DNA of 40,754 bases, from the UHGV virus genome UHGV-1474357; one strand, given 5' to 3'. The translations under genes and the position numbers were made by a program. Source of the DNA: a virus. The notes under the pieces were generated by a model. That model was not told where the DNA came from, searched no databases, and saw nothing but the letters and a program-made list of their open reading frames with translations. Below are positions 16,369 through 25,047 of this stretch, piece by piece (position 1 is the stretch's first letter; the number at the start of each line of letters is the position of its first letter).

Positions 16369-18048
16369 ATGGCGGAAACAACTAAAGAGCGATTGAACAA
16401 ACAGTTCGCACAACTTGAAAGCGAGCGTCAGTCGTTCGAGCCGCACTGGCGCGAGTTGAGTGATTACATCAACCCGCGTGGTTCCCGCTTTCTGACTTCT
16501 GAGGTTAACCGTAACGATCGACGCAATACACGCATTATTGATTCGACCGGGACTATGGCGGCGCGCACTCTCGCCAGCGGCATGATGTCAGGCATCACAA
16601 GCCCCGCGCGTCCGTGGTTTCGCCTGGCTACGCCAGATCCTGAAATGATGGATTATGGCCCTGTTAAGTTGTGGCTTGAGGCGGTGCAGAACCGCATGAA
16701 CGATATGTTCAATAAGTCGAATCTCTATCAGTCGCTGCCGCAGTTATACGGAAGCCTCGGCACATACAGCACTGGTGCAATGGCAGTGCTGGAGGATGAC
16801 GAGGACATCATTCGCACAATGCCATTCCCGATAGGCAGTTACTACCTGGCTAACTCACCTCGTGGCAGTGTGGACACCTGTTTTCGCAAGTTCTCTATGA
16901 CTGTTCGTCAGCTTGTTCAGGAGTTCGGGCTAAATAACGTCAGCGAATCCGTAAAAAGCATGTGGGAAAGCGGCACCTACGAGAAGTGGATTGAAGTGAT
17001 GCATTCGGTTTACCCGAACATTGACCGCGATACATCGAAGCTGGATAGCAAGAACAAGCCATTCAAATCGGTTTATTACGAGGTTGGTGGCGATAACGAC
17101 AAGTTGTTGCGTGAGTCCGGATTCGATGAGTTTCCAATTATGGCCCCGCGCTGGGAAGTTAACGGCGAAGATGTTTATGGATCATCATGCCCGGGTATGC
17201 TGGCGCTTGGACCTGTTAAGGCATTGCAGCTTCTCCAGAAGCGCAAGTCGCAGTTGATTGATAAAGCCACCAATCCGCCGATGGTTGCTCCGAATTCCCT
17301 CAAGAATCAGCGTGCCTCCCTTCTTCCTGGCGACATCACGTATATCGATCAGATTACTGGTCAGGATGGTTTCAGGCCTGCTTATCTGGTTAACCCCAGT
17401 ACAGCAGATTTGGTGGCAGACATTCAGGACACTCGTCAAATCATTAACAGCGCCTACTTTGTCGATCTGTTCATGATGTTGCAGAACATCAATACCCGCT
17501 CGATGCCTGTGGAAGCGGTGATCGAAATGAAAGAAGAAAAACTTCTGATGTTGGGGCCGGTTCTGGAGCGCCTGAACGACGAATGTCTTAATCCTCTCAT
17601 TGATCGCTCTTTCTCGATGATGGTGCGTAAAAACATGCTGCCGCCACCGCCTGACGCGATGGAAGGCATGCCCCTGAAGGTCGAATACATTTCCGTCATG
17701 GCTCAGGCGCAGAAGTCTATCGGCCTGTCCAGTCTGGCGTCCACGGTTAACTTCATTGGTCAACTTGCGCAAGCGAAACCAGAAGCTCTCGACAAACTCA
17801 ACGTTGATCAGGCGATCGATGCATTCGCTGATATGTCCGGAGTGTCTCCAACCGTCATTGTTCCGCAGGAACAGGTTGAGCAGGCTCGCCAGCAACGGGC
17901 ACAGCAACAACAGCAGCAACAAATGATGGCGATGGGGATGGCGGCGGCACAGGGTGCCAAGACGCTAAGCGAAGCTAAAACTTCGGATCCGAGTGTTTTG
18001 TCAGCTATGGCGAATGCAGTTAGTGGTCAGGGTGGGCAATCACAATGA
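16369..18048 (+). CDS. Portal protein (T7 gp8-like head-to-tail connector)
   Basis: 559 aa, size and position (before scaffold and capsid) as in T7-like modules; Gln-rich C-terminal tail; sequence recognised as head-tail connector family from memory. Confidence 0.75.
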   Translation: MAETTKERLNKQFAQLESERQSFEPHWRELSDYINPRGSRFLTSEVNRNDRRNTRIIDSTGTMAARTLASGMMSGITSPARPWFRLATPDPEMMDYGPVKLWLEAVQNRMNDMFNKSNLYQSLPQLYGSLGTYSTGAMAVLEDDEDIIRTMPFPIGSYYLANSPRGSVDTCFRKFSMTVRQLVQEFGLNNVSESVKSMWESGTYEKWIEVMHSVYPNIDRDTSKLDSKNKPFKSVYYEVGGDNDKLLRESGFDEFPIMAPRWEVNGEDVYGSSCPGMLALGPVKALQLLQKRKSQLIDKATNPPMVAPNSLKNQRASLLPGDITYIDQITGQDGFRPAYLVNPSTADLVADIQDTRQIINSAYFVDLFMMLQNINTRSMPVEAVIEMKEEKLLMLGPVLERLNDECLNPLIDRSFSMMVRKNMLPPPPDAMEGMPLKVEYISVMAQAQKSIGLSSLASTVNFIGQLAQAKPEALDKLNVDQAIDAFADMSGVSPTVIVPQEQVEQARQQRAQQQQQQQMMAMGMAAAQGAKTLSEAKTSDPSVLSAMANAVSGQGGQSQ

Positions 18049-18341
18049 CAGATTACGAAGACGATCAACTGAAAGAAGAAAACGCCCGTAAGCAACGTGA
18101 CATGGCACAGCGTGAAATTGATGACATTCGCTTTGTCATGAGCAGTGAACAGGGGCGTCGCGTTGTCTGGTCGGTGCTGGAGAAAGGCCGTGTGTTTTCC
18201 GCTATCTCACCGATGGACGCTATGGCAATGGCATTTAATGAGGGGCAACGCAATCTGGCGCTGGAACTGTTTCAGCGCGTTATGGCGCATTGCCCTGAAC
18301 AGTATTTGAAGATGGCCAAAGAGGCCAGTGAACAGGAGTGA
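18045..18341 (+). CDS. Hypothetical protein (98 aa)
   Basis: ATG overlaps portal stop (ATGA); acidic N-terminus. Confidence 0.55.
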   Translation: MTDYEDDQLKEENARKQRDMAQREIDDIRFVMSSEQGRRVVWSVLEKGRVFSAISPMDAMAMAFNEGQRNLALELFQRVMAHCPEQYLKMAKEASEQE

Positions 18342-18343
18342 TC

Positions 18344-19039
18344 ATGAATTTATTTGAGCGTTTGCTGTATCGCCGTCTTTGCAATGAGCAACCAGTCGAT
18401 GGTGGAGCAGCTCCGGCTGCGTCAGAACCGTCAGCGCCTGCAGGTGATAACCCTGCTCCAGTTGGTGATCCATCACAACAGGAAGGTGATAAGCCACAAC
18501 CTGTTGCTGATGGCGATAAACCTGCTGATGACAAAAAGCCTGAAAACGATAAGCAGGATGAAAAAAAGGACGGCGATAAACCAGAGGGTGCGCCTGAAAA
18601 GTACGAGTTTCAGGCTGCCGAAGGCGTAGAGCTGGATACAGAAGCGTTGAAGGAATTCGAGCCGGTGGCGCGAGAACTAAACCTGACCAACGAGCAAGCG
18701 CAAAAGCTGGTTGATGCTTATCCGAAGATTCTGGCAGGTGTTCAGCAGCGCCAGGCAGAAGCCTGGCAGAAAACAACCGAGCAGTGGGCTGCGGATGTAA
18801 AAGCTGACAAAGAAATCGGTGGCGACAAGTTGATTTCTAACCTTAGCGCCGCACAGCGTGCGCTTGACCAGTTCGGGACACCTGAACTCAAAGAATATCT
18901 GAACACCACCGGGCTGGGTAATCACCCTGATCTGGTCAAAACGTTCGTGAAAATCGGAAAGGCGATGTCTGAAGATGGCATGGTCACCGGTGGTAATGAA
19001 GGCCAGCGTAGTGCGGCCGAAGTGCTCTATGGCAAATAA
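18344..19039 (+). CDS. Scaffolding protein (putative)
   Basis: 231 aa, highly acidic/Pro-Ala rich N-terminal half and helical C-terminal half; located between portal and capsid; GGAG SD. Confidence 0.6.
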   Translation: MNLFERLLYRRLCNEQPVDGGAAPAASEPSAPAGDNPAPVGDPSQQEGDKPQPVADGDKPADDKKPENDKQDEKKDGDKPEGAPEKYEFQAAEGVELDTEALKEFEPVARELNLTNEQAQKLVDAYPKILAGVQQRQAEAWQKTTEQWAADVKADKEIGGDKLISNLSAAQRALDQFGTPELKEYLNTTGLGNHPDLVKTFVKIGKAMSEDGMVTGGNEGQRSAAEVLYGK

Positions 19040-19053
19040 GAGAGGAAATGACA

Positions 19054-20040
19054 ATGGCTGTTAAAGGCTTAACTGCGCTAACGCTGGCTGACTGGGGTAA
19101 GCGCGTCGATCCAAACGGGAAAGTCGATAAGATTATCGAGCTTCTCGGTCAAACTAACCCGATCCTTCAGGATATGCCCTTTGTCGAAGGGAACCTTCCT
19201 ACCGGACACCGAACCACCATTCGTTCTGGTTTACCTTCAGCTACCTGGCGTTTGCTGAACTATGGCGTACAGCCAAGCAAATCAACCACAGTGCAGGTAA
19301 CCGATTCCGTTGGCATGCTGGAAACCTATGCTGAAGTCGATAAGTCACTGGCTGATCTGAACGGCAATACCGCTGAATTCCGCCTGTCTGAAGACCGCGC
19401 ATTTATTGAAGCGATGAATCAGCAGATGGCGCAGACGCTGTTTTATGGTGATTCCAGCGTTAACCCTCAGCAGTTTATGGGACTGTCCTCCCGCTATTCC
19501 AGCCTGTCTGCGGGTAATGCTCAGAACATCATTGATGCTGGTGGCACGGGTACAGATAACACCTCAATCTGGTTAGTGGTGTGGGGCGAAAACACCGTGC
19601 ATGGCATCTTCCCGAAAGGGCAGAAGGCTGGCATCCAGATGGAAGATAAAGGCCAGGTGACACTGGAAGATGCTAATGGCGGCAAGTACGAAGGCTATCG
19701 CACCCATTACAAATGGGATAACGGACTTGCTCTGCGTGACTGGCGTTATGTTGTTCGCATTGCAAACATCGATGTCAGCAATCTTTCAGAACCATCCTCT
19801 GCCGCAAATATTGCCAAGTTGATGGTTAAGGCACTGCATCGCATTCCAAACCGTGGCATGGGCCGCCCGGTGTTCTACATGAACCGCACTGTAGGCCAGG
19901 CTCTTGATCTGCAATCTCTGGAGAAAACATCTCTGGCTATCAGCGTAAAAGAGACAGAAGGCGAGTGGTGGACTTCATTCCGTGGTGTACCAATCCGTGA
20001 AACTGATGCGCTTCTGGAAACAGAAGCCCGCGTGGTGTAA
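19054..20040 (+). CDS. Major capsid protein
   Basis: 328 aa; position after scaffold; followed by a hairpin. Alternative ATG at 19048. Confidence 0.75.
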   Translation: MAVKGLTALTLADWGKRVDPNGKVDKIIELLGQTNPILQDMPFVEGNLPTGHRTTIRSGLPSATWRLLNYGVQPSKSTTVQVTDSVGMLETYAEVDKSLADLNGNTAEFRLSEDRAFIEAMNQQMAQTLFYGDSSVNPQQFMGLSSRYSSLSAGNAQNIIDAGGTGTDNTSIWLVVWGENTVHGIFPKGQKAGIQMEDKGQVTLEDANGGKYEGYRTHYKWDNGLALRDWRYVVRIANIDVSNLSEPSSAANIAKLMVKALHRIPNRGMGRPVFYMNRTVGQALDLQSLEKTSLAISVKETEGEWWTSFRGVPIRETDALLETEARVV

Positions 20041-20056
20041 CGCCTGTTATTAACCT

Positions 20057-20076
20057 GTGGGTCGTAACAGACCCAC
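20057..20076 (+). promoter_or_regulatory. Stable hairpin after capsid gene (no T-run), possible processing site or partial terminator
   Basis: GTGGGTC-GTAACA-GACCCAC perfect 7-bp stem 17 nt after the capsid stop. Confidence 0.35.
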
Positions 20077-20091
20077 TAATGGAGAAAGAAG

Positions 20092-20529
20092 ATGATCACC
20101 GACAAACTGTTGATGTTCTCCGAAGCTCAGGCGGTTACGAATACCGCGGCTTCTACTGACGTAATCGATCTCGGTCCAATTGACGGAAAACGTCGTGATA
20201 TCGGCGTGGGTTACCCGCTTGAGTTTTGGGCGCTGGTTAACACAGCCGCCGCGGCAAGCGGTGATGCAACTGTAAACATCCAGTTGCAGACGAGTGAGAA
20301 TAACAGCTCATGGACCACTATTTATGATAGTGGCGCACTGGCAAAGACCGCCCTGACAGCAGGTAAACGAGTTGTTTCTGCAAAGGTGCCTGCCGGTGTT
20401 CAGCGATATCTGCGTGTTAACTACTCCGTCGCAACTGGCCCACTAACGGCTGGCAAATTCACTGCGGGTATCAGTCTGGATGTTGATGCCAATACGCCGT
20501 ACCCGATCCGCTCAAAAGTAACTGGTTAA
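20092..20529 (+). CDS. Hypothetical virion protein (145 aa), possible capsid decoration protein
   Basis: Located immediately after major capsid gene; Ala/Thr/Gly-rich beta-type composition. Confidence 0.5.
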   Translation: MITDKLLMFSEAQAVTNTAASTDVIDLGPIDGKRRDIGVGYPLEFWALVNTAAAASGDATVNIQLQTSENNSSWTTIYDSGALAKTALTAGKRVVSAKVPAGVQRYLRVNYSVATGPLTAGKFTAGISLDVDANTPYPIRSKVTG

Positions 20530-20539
20530 GGTGATATCG

Positions 20540-20875
20540 ATGTCAGGTGAGAAACCAAGATACCGCGTTCTGCGCCTCTCTCATATCCATAACACTCTGT
20601 GGCCGGAGGGGGCAGAAATCGAATACGAAGGTGAGCCTGGTAGCGCACTGGAACCTGTTAACGATGCAGCCAGACAGGCAAAAGCAAAAGTTGCAGGAAA
20701 GGTGTCAATGGCAGCAACCAGCACCAAAATCATCAACGATGTGTCAGATGATGGTGAACTGGATAAGCTCCGTGAAGAGTACGAATTGCTCTTTAACGAG
20801 AAGCCACACCATAACGCCAAAGCCGAAACGCTACGCGAGAAGATCGCAGATAAGCGTAAAGAACTGGGCGTGTAA
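20540..20875 (+). CDS. Hypothetical protein (111 aa)
   Basis: ATG 20540 with AAGGTGA SD; followed by intrinsic terminator. Confidence 0.5.
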   Translation: MSGEKPRYRVLRLSHIHNTLWPEGAEIEYEGEPGSALEPVNDAARQAKAKVAGKVSMAATSTKIINDVSDDGELDKLREEYELLFNEKPHHNAKAETLREKIADKRKELGV

Positions 20876-20893
20876 GCCTCGCGAATCAGACAA

Positions 20894-20913
20894 GGGGCTT
20901 CGGCCCCTTTATT
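20894..20913 (+). terminator. Intrinsic terminator between head and tail gene blocks
   Basis: GGGGC-TTCG-GCCCC followed by TTTATT. Confidence 0.65.
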
Positions 20914-20931
20914 GCAGGAGTATAGAAACTT

Positions 20932-21537
20932 ATGGCCTCTGTAGTAGAGATCTGCAATCGTGCGCTGTCCAATATTGGCAACAGCCGCAGCATTAACAGC
21001 CTGACGGAAGCCAGCAAGGAAGCGGGGGAATGTTCGCTGCACTTTGAGGCCTGCCGTGATGCTGTGCTTTCTGATTTTGACTGGAACTTTGCTACCAAAC
21101 GCGTGGCGCTTGCAGATACGAGCAATCCACCGCCTGACTGGGAATATGCGTACCAGTACCCGTCAGATTGTCTGCGCATTACTGAAATTATGCTTCCTGG
21201 TGTACGCAATCCAACAGCAGCAATGCGCGTTCAGTACGAAGTTGGTGCAGACACCAACGGAACAGGAAAGTTGATCTACACAGACCAGCCGCAGGCATGG
21301 CTCAAGTATGTCTCTCGCGTTTCAGATGTGAACATGTTTGATGCCATTTTTATGGAGGCGTTGGCCTGGCGTCTTGCGGCAGCTATTAACATGGCGCTGA
21401 CTGGGAATGCAGACCTCGGTACGTTTGCCCTCAATATGTACAATCGCGTGATTCTTAGTGCTGGCTCGCATAGCCAGAATGAATCACAGGAACCACAGCC
21501 ACCGGTTGATGAGTTTACCATTGCGAGGTTGTCCTGA
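20932..21537 (+). CDS. Tail tubular protein A-like (T7 gp11-like), putative
   Basis: 201 aa; size and position match T7 gp11 in a gp11-gp12-gp13-gp14-gp15-gp16-gp17 syntenic series. Confidence 0.55.
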   Translation: MASVVEICNRALSNIGNSRSINSLTEASKEAGECSLHFEACRDAVLSDFDWNFATKRVALADTSNPPPDWEYAYQYPSDCLRITEIMLPGVRNPTAAMRVQYEVGADTNGTGKLIYTDQPQAWLKYVSRVSDVNMFDAIFMEALAWRLAAAINMALTGNADLGTFALNMYNRVILSAGSHSQNESQEPQPPVDEFTIARLS

Positions 21538-24008
21538 TGGCTATCAGTTGGATCCAGCCCAGCTTTGCCGGTGGTGAGATTGGACCGTCGTTGTACGGGC
21601 GTATTGACATGGCGAAGTACCAGGTGGCATTGCGCAAGTGCGATAACTTTATCGTGCGGCAGTATGGCGGTGTTGAGAATCGACCTGGTACGCGTTTTGT
21701 CGGTGCCGCCAAATACCCAAATCGGAAATGCCGCCTGATCCCGTTCCAGTTCTCGACTGTTCAGACCTATGCTCTGGAGTTCGGACACCAGTACATGCGC
21801 GTTATCAAAGATGGTGCGTTGGTGCTGAACAGCAGCAATGTTATTTATGAAATTGCCACGCCATATACTGAAGCCGATCTGTTCCGAATTAAATTCACGC
21901 AAAGCGCCGACGTGCTTACGCTGGTTCATCCGGCATACCCGCCGAAAGAGTTGCGTCGCTATGCGCATGACAACTGGCAACTGGTTGATGTGGTAACGAA
22001 GAACGGGCCATTTGAAGATATCAATATTGACGAGTCAGTGACGGTTTATGCCAGCGCCAGCACCGGGACAATTACGTTAACGGCAAGCGCCTCTATTTTT
22101 GGCGCGGAGCAGGTAGGCAAATTGTTCTATCTGGAACAGCCTGCAGTGGATTCTGTGCCAGTATGGGAAACCAGTAAGAGTACGTCAATTGGCGATATTC
22201 GCCGTGCAGACAGTAACTACTATCGCGCCGTTACAGTAGGCAAAACAGGCACTTTGCGCCCTTCGCATACAGAAGGCACATCATGGGATGGCTGGGGCGG
22301 ATCCGGTGATGATGATACCGGCATTGAGTGGGAGTATCTGCACAGTGGTTTTGGCATTGCCCGTATCTCTGCTGCAAATGGAACTACTGCAACTGCCGAG
22401 GTGATTTCCTATATCCCTTCGCAGGTAGTTGGCGAGGATAATGCCAGCTATAAATGGGCTAAATATGCCTGGAACAGTGTTAATGGTTATCCTGGCACTG
22501 TTGTTTATTATCAACAACGTCTTTACTTCGCCGCATCGACTGCGTTTCCTCAGACTATCTGGGCCAGCCGTACCGGGGATTATAAGGATTTTGGCAAAAG
22601 CAATCCTACGCAGGATGACGACAGAATTATCTACACCTATGCCGGGCGTCAGGTTAATGAGATCCGTCACCTGATTGATGTTGGTTCGCTGGTGGCGCTG
22701 ACTTCCGGAGGTGAGTACGTCATCACTGGCGACCAGAACAAAGTGCTTACCCCATCATCATTTGCATTCAGCTCTCAGGGATCAAATGGCTCGAGCAATG
22801 TCCCACCAATTGCCGTGGCGAATATTGCTCTGTTCGTCCAGGAGAAAGGCAGTGTTGTCCGTGATCTGGCCTACTCATTCGATGTTGACGGCTATCAGGG
22901 GAACGACCTTACTATCCTTGCCAATCATCTTTTTCAGAAGCACAGCATTGTTGACTGGTGCTTCTCAATAGTCCCTTACTCCAGCGCCTTCTGCATCCGT
23001 GATGACGGTAAATTACTGGTGATGACCTATTTGCGTGATCAGCAGGTTTTTGCATGGGCACCACAATCCAGTACTGGAAAATATGAAAGCACATGCAGTA
23101 TCAGCGAAGGCAATGAAGATGCGGTGTATTTCGTCGTTAACCGAACCGTTAACGGGCAAACAGTGAGATACATCGAGCGACTGTCCAGCCGTTTATTTAC
23201 CAGCGATGAAGATGCTTTCTTTGTTGATTCTGGCCTTAGCTATGATGGAAGAAATACGTCTGACAGAACGATGATCATCACTGGTGGTTCTGGCGAATGG
23301 GATTACCGCGCGGAATATACAATCAGTGTTTCTGGTGGTGCGTACTTCACCAGTAGTGATGTCGGCGCGCAACTACAGTTCCCTTATACCGGAACTGATC
23401 CTGATACTGGCGATGAGGTGTCAAAAGAATTACGTTGCGACATTATTTCTGTAACCAGCAATACCGCTGTAGTGGTTCGTGCTAACAGGAACGTCCCGCC
23501 ATCCCTCAGGAATGTGGCCACCACGAACTGGCAGATGGCGCGCCGGACATTTGGAGGCCTGTCTCATCTTGAAGGCCAGACCGTAAACATTCTCTCTGAT
23601 GCGAACGTGGAACCACAGAAAGTGGTTTCCGGAGGTGCCGTCACGCTGGAATCACCGGGGGCTGTAGTGCACATCGGCCTGCCAATAACTGCTGAATTCG
23701 AAACACTGGATATCAACATTAACGGACAGGAAACGCTGCTGGACAAAAAACAGGTGATCCCGTCCGTTACTCTGGTTGTGAATGCCAGTCGCGGCATCTG
23801 GGCGACTACGCCCGGCGGTAAATGGTACGAATATCCACAGCGTGAATTCGAGTTCTACGATGATCCTGTTGATGATGCTACCGGAAAAGTAGAAGTGAAA
23901 CTGGACAGTAACTGGGGCAAAAACGGACGTGTAAAAATCCGTCAGCTTGATCCGTTGCCGCTGTCTGTTCTTGCCGTTATTCCTCGCCTTACTGTTGGTG
24001 GGTTCTGA
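21537..24008 (+). CDS. Tail tubular protein B-like (T7 gp12-like), putative
   Basis: 823 aa; size and position match T7 gp12; start overlaps previous stop. Confidence 0.65.
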   Translation: MAISWIQPSFAGGEIGPSLYGRIDMAKYQVALRKCDNFIVRQYGGVENRPGTRFVGAAKYPNRKCRLIPFQFSTVQTYALEFGHQYMRVIKDGALVLNSSNVIYEIATPYTEADLFRIKFTQSADVLTLVHPAYPPKELRRYAHDNWQLVDVVTKNGPFEDINIDESVTVYASASTGTITLTASASIFGAEQVGKLFYLEQPAVDSVPVWETSKSTSIGDIRRADSNYYRAVTVGKTGTLRPSHTEGTSWDGWGGSGDDDTGIEWEYLHSGFGIARISAANGTTATAEVISYIPSQVVGEDNASYKWAKYAWNSVNGYPGTVVYYQQRLYFAASTAFPQTIWASRTGDYKDFGKSNPTQDDDRIIYTYAGRQVNEIRHLIDVGSLVALTSGGEYVITGDQNKVLTPSSFAFSSQGSNGSSNVPPIAVANIALFVQEKGSVVRDLAYSFDVDGYQGNDLTILANHLFQKHSIVDWCFSIVPYSSAFCIRDDGKLLVMTYLRDQQVFAWAPQSSTGKYESTCSISEGNEDAVYFVVNRTVNGQTVRYIERLSSRLFTSDEDAFFVDSGLSYDGRNTSDRTMIITGGSGEWDYRAEYTISVSGGAYFTSSDVGAQLQFPYTGTDPDTGDEVSKELRCDIISVTSNTAVVVRANRNVPPSLRNVATTNWQMARRTFGGLSHLEGQTVNILSDANVEPQKVVSGGAVTLESPGAVVHIGLPITAEFETLDININGQETLLDKKQVIPSVTLVVNASRGIWATTPGGKWYEYPQREFEFYDDPVDDATGKVEVKLDSNWGKNGRVKIRQLDPLPLSVLAVIPRLTVGGF

Positions 24009-24472
24009 TGATCGATGTTCAAATTATTCCCGCAACCGAAGAGCATCTTCAGATGATTTTGCCGGATGTTCGTCAGGCTGATATTGACGAACTGTATGCG
24101 GTATCACTGATGACTACCGAAGATGCGCTGCGTGTTGGTCTGCGTACTTCGACTATGGCCTGGTCAGGATTTGCGAACGGAGAACTGGTAACCATGTTTG
24201 GCGTATCTCCGGCGTCAATGATCGGTGGCAATGGTACGCCCTGGCTGGTAGGAACCAGCCGTATTGAAAAATATCAGAAGACATTTCTTCGCCACTGCCG
24301 CCCTGTATTGCAGCAGATGCTGGCAGTTTATCCGCGCCTGGAAAACTACGTCGACGAGCGAAACCATGTTGCCAAAGCATGGCTGCACTGGCTTGGATTC
24401 AGGCTTGAAGAAGCCGCGCCTTATGGTGCTCTTGGTCTTAATTTCCACAGATTTCACATGGAGAGAAAATAA
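24008..24472 (+). CDS. Internal virion protein A-like (T7 gp13-like), putative
   Basis: 154 aa; synteny only. Confidence 0.5.
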   Translation: MIDVQIIPATEEHLQMILPDVRQADIDELYAVSLMTTEDALRVGLRTSTMAWSGFANGELVTMFGVSPASMIGGNGTPWLVGTSRIEKYQKTFLRHCRPVLQQMLAVYPRLENYVDERNHVAKAWLHWLGFRLEEAAPYGALGLNFHRFHMERK

Positions 24473-25047
24473 TGTGCGATCCGGTTATTGCTGGTGGCGC
24501 AATGCTCGCCATGAGTGGCATTCAGGCATACACCCAGTACCAACAGGGAAAGTATGCCTCGAAGGTTGCAGAAGCGAACGCAGATATAGCCACTGCTCAG
24601 GCAAATGATGCAATAAACAGAGGTAACGCTGAAGCTGAGCAACGGCGCAGAGAGACCCGACAGCGGCTTGGTACACAGGCGGCGACAATGGGGGCGACCG
24701 GCGCCGATTTATCTACAGGTAACGCGCTGGATATATTTGGTGACACTGCTCAGTTCGGCGCTCTTGATTCGCTGACGACGGTGAATAACGCGCAACGCGA
24801 GGCTTACGGTTATCAGGTTCAGGCTGCCAACTATAAAGCAGAAGCCAGTTCAGCCCGTAAACAGGGGAATGTGGGAGCAGCAACAACATTGCTCACTGCG
24901 CCTCTGAAGGCATACGGTGCGTACCAGATGTTTGGTGGGACGTGGAGTCCGTTCTCTAAAGGAAGTACATCTAGTGGTGGGACGCCAATGTTATCTAACT
25001 CAGGTTTTATGAATTCTGACTCCCGATTCAAAATAGGAGGTTACTGA
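24472..25047 (+). CDS. Internal virion protein B-like (T7 gp14-like), putative
   Basis: 191 aa, begins MC..., Ala/Gln-rich; size and order match T7 gp14. Confidence 0.55.
   Translation: MCDPVIAGGAMLAMSGIQAYTQYQQGKYASKVAEANADIATAQANDAINRGNAEAEQRRRETRQRLGTQAATMGATGADLSTGNALDIFGDTAQFGALDSLTTVNNAQREAYGYQVQAANYKAEASSARKQGNVGAATTLLTAPLKAYGAYQMFGGTWSPFSKGSTSSGGTPMLSNSGFMNSDSRFKIGGY

Noticed and set aside
17185-17922. 245-aa minus-strand ORF inside the portal gene, and similar antisense ORFs (13694-14200 in terL, 21276-21980 in the tail gene, 39475-40131 in the endolysin)
   Set aside because: Each is entirely antisense to a well-supported gene, lacks an SD and has a low-complexity translation; treated as shadow ORFs.
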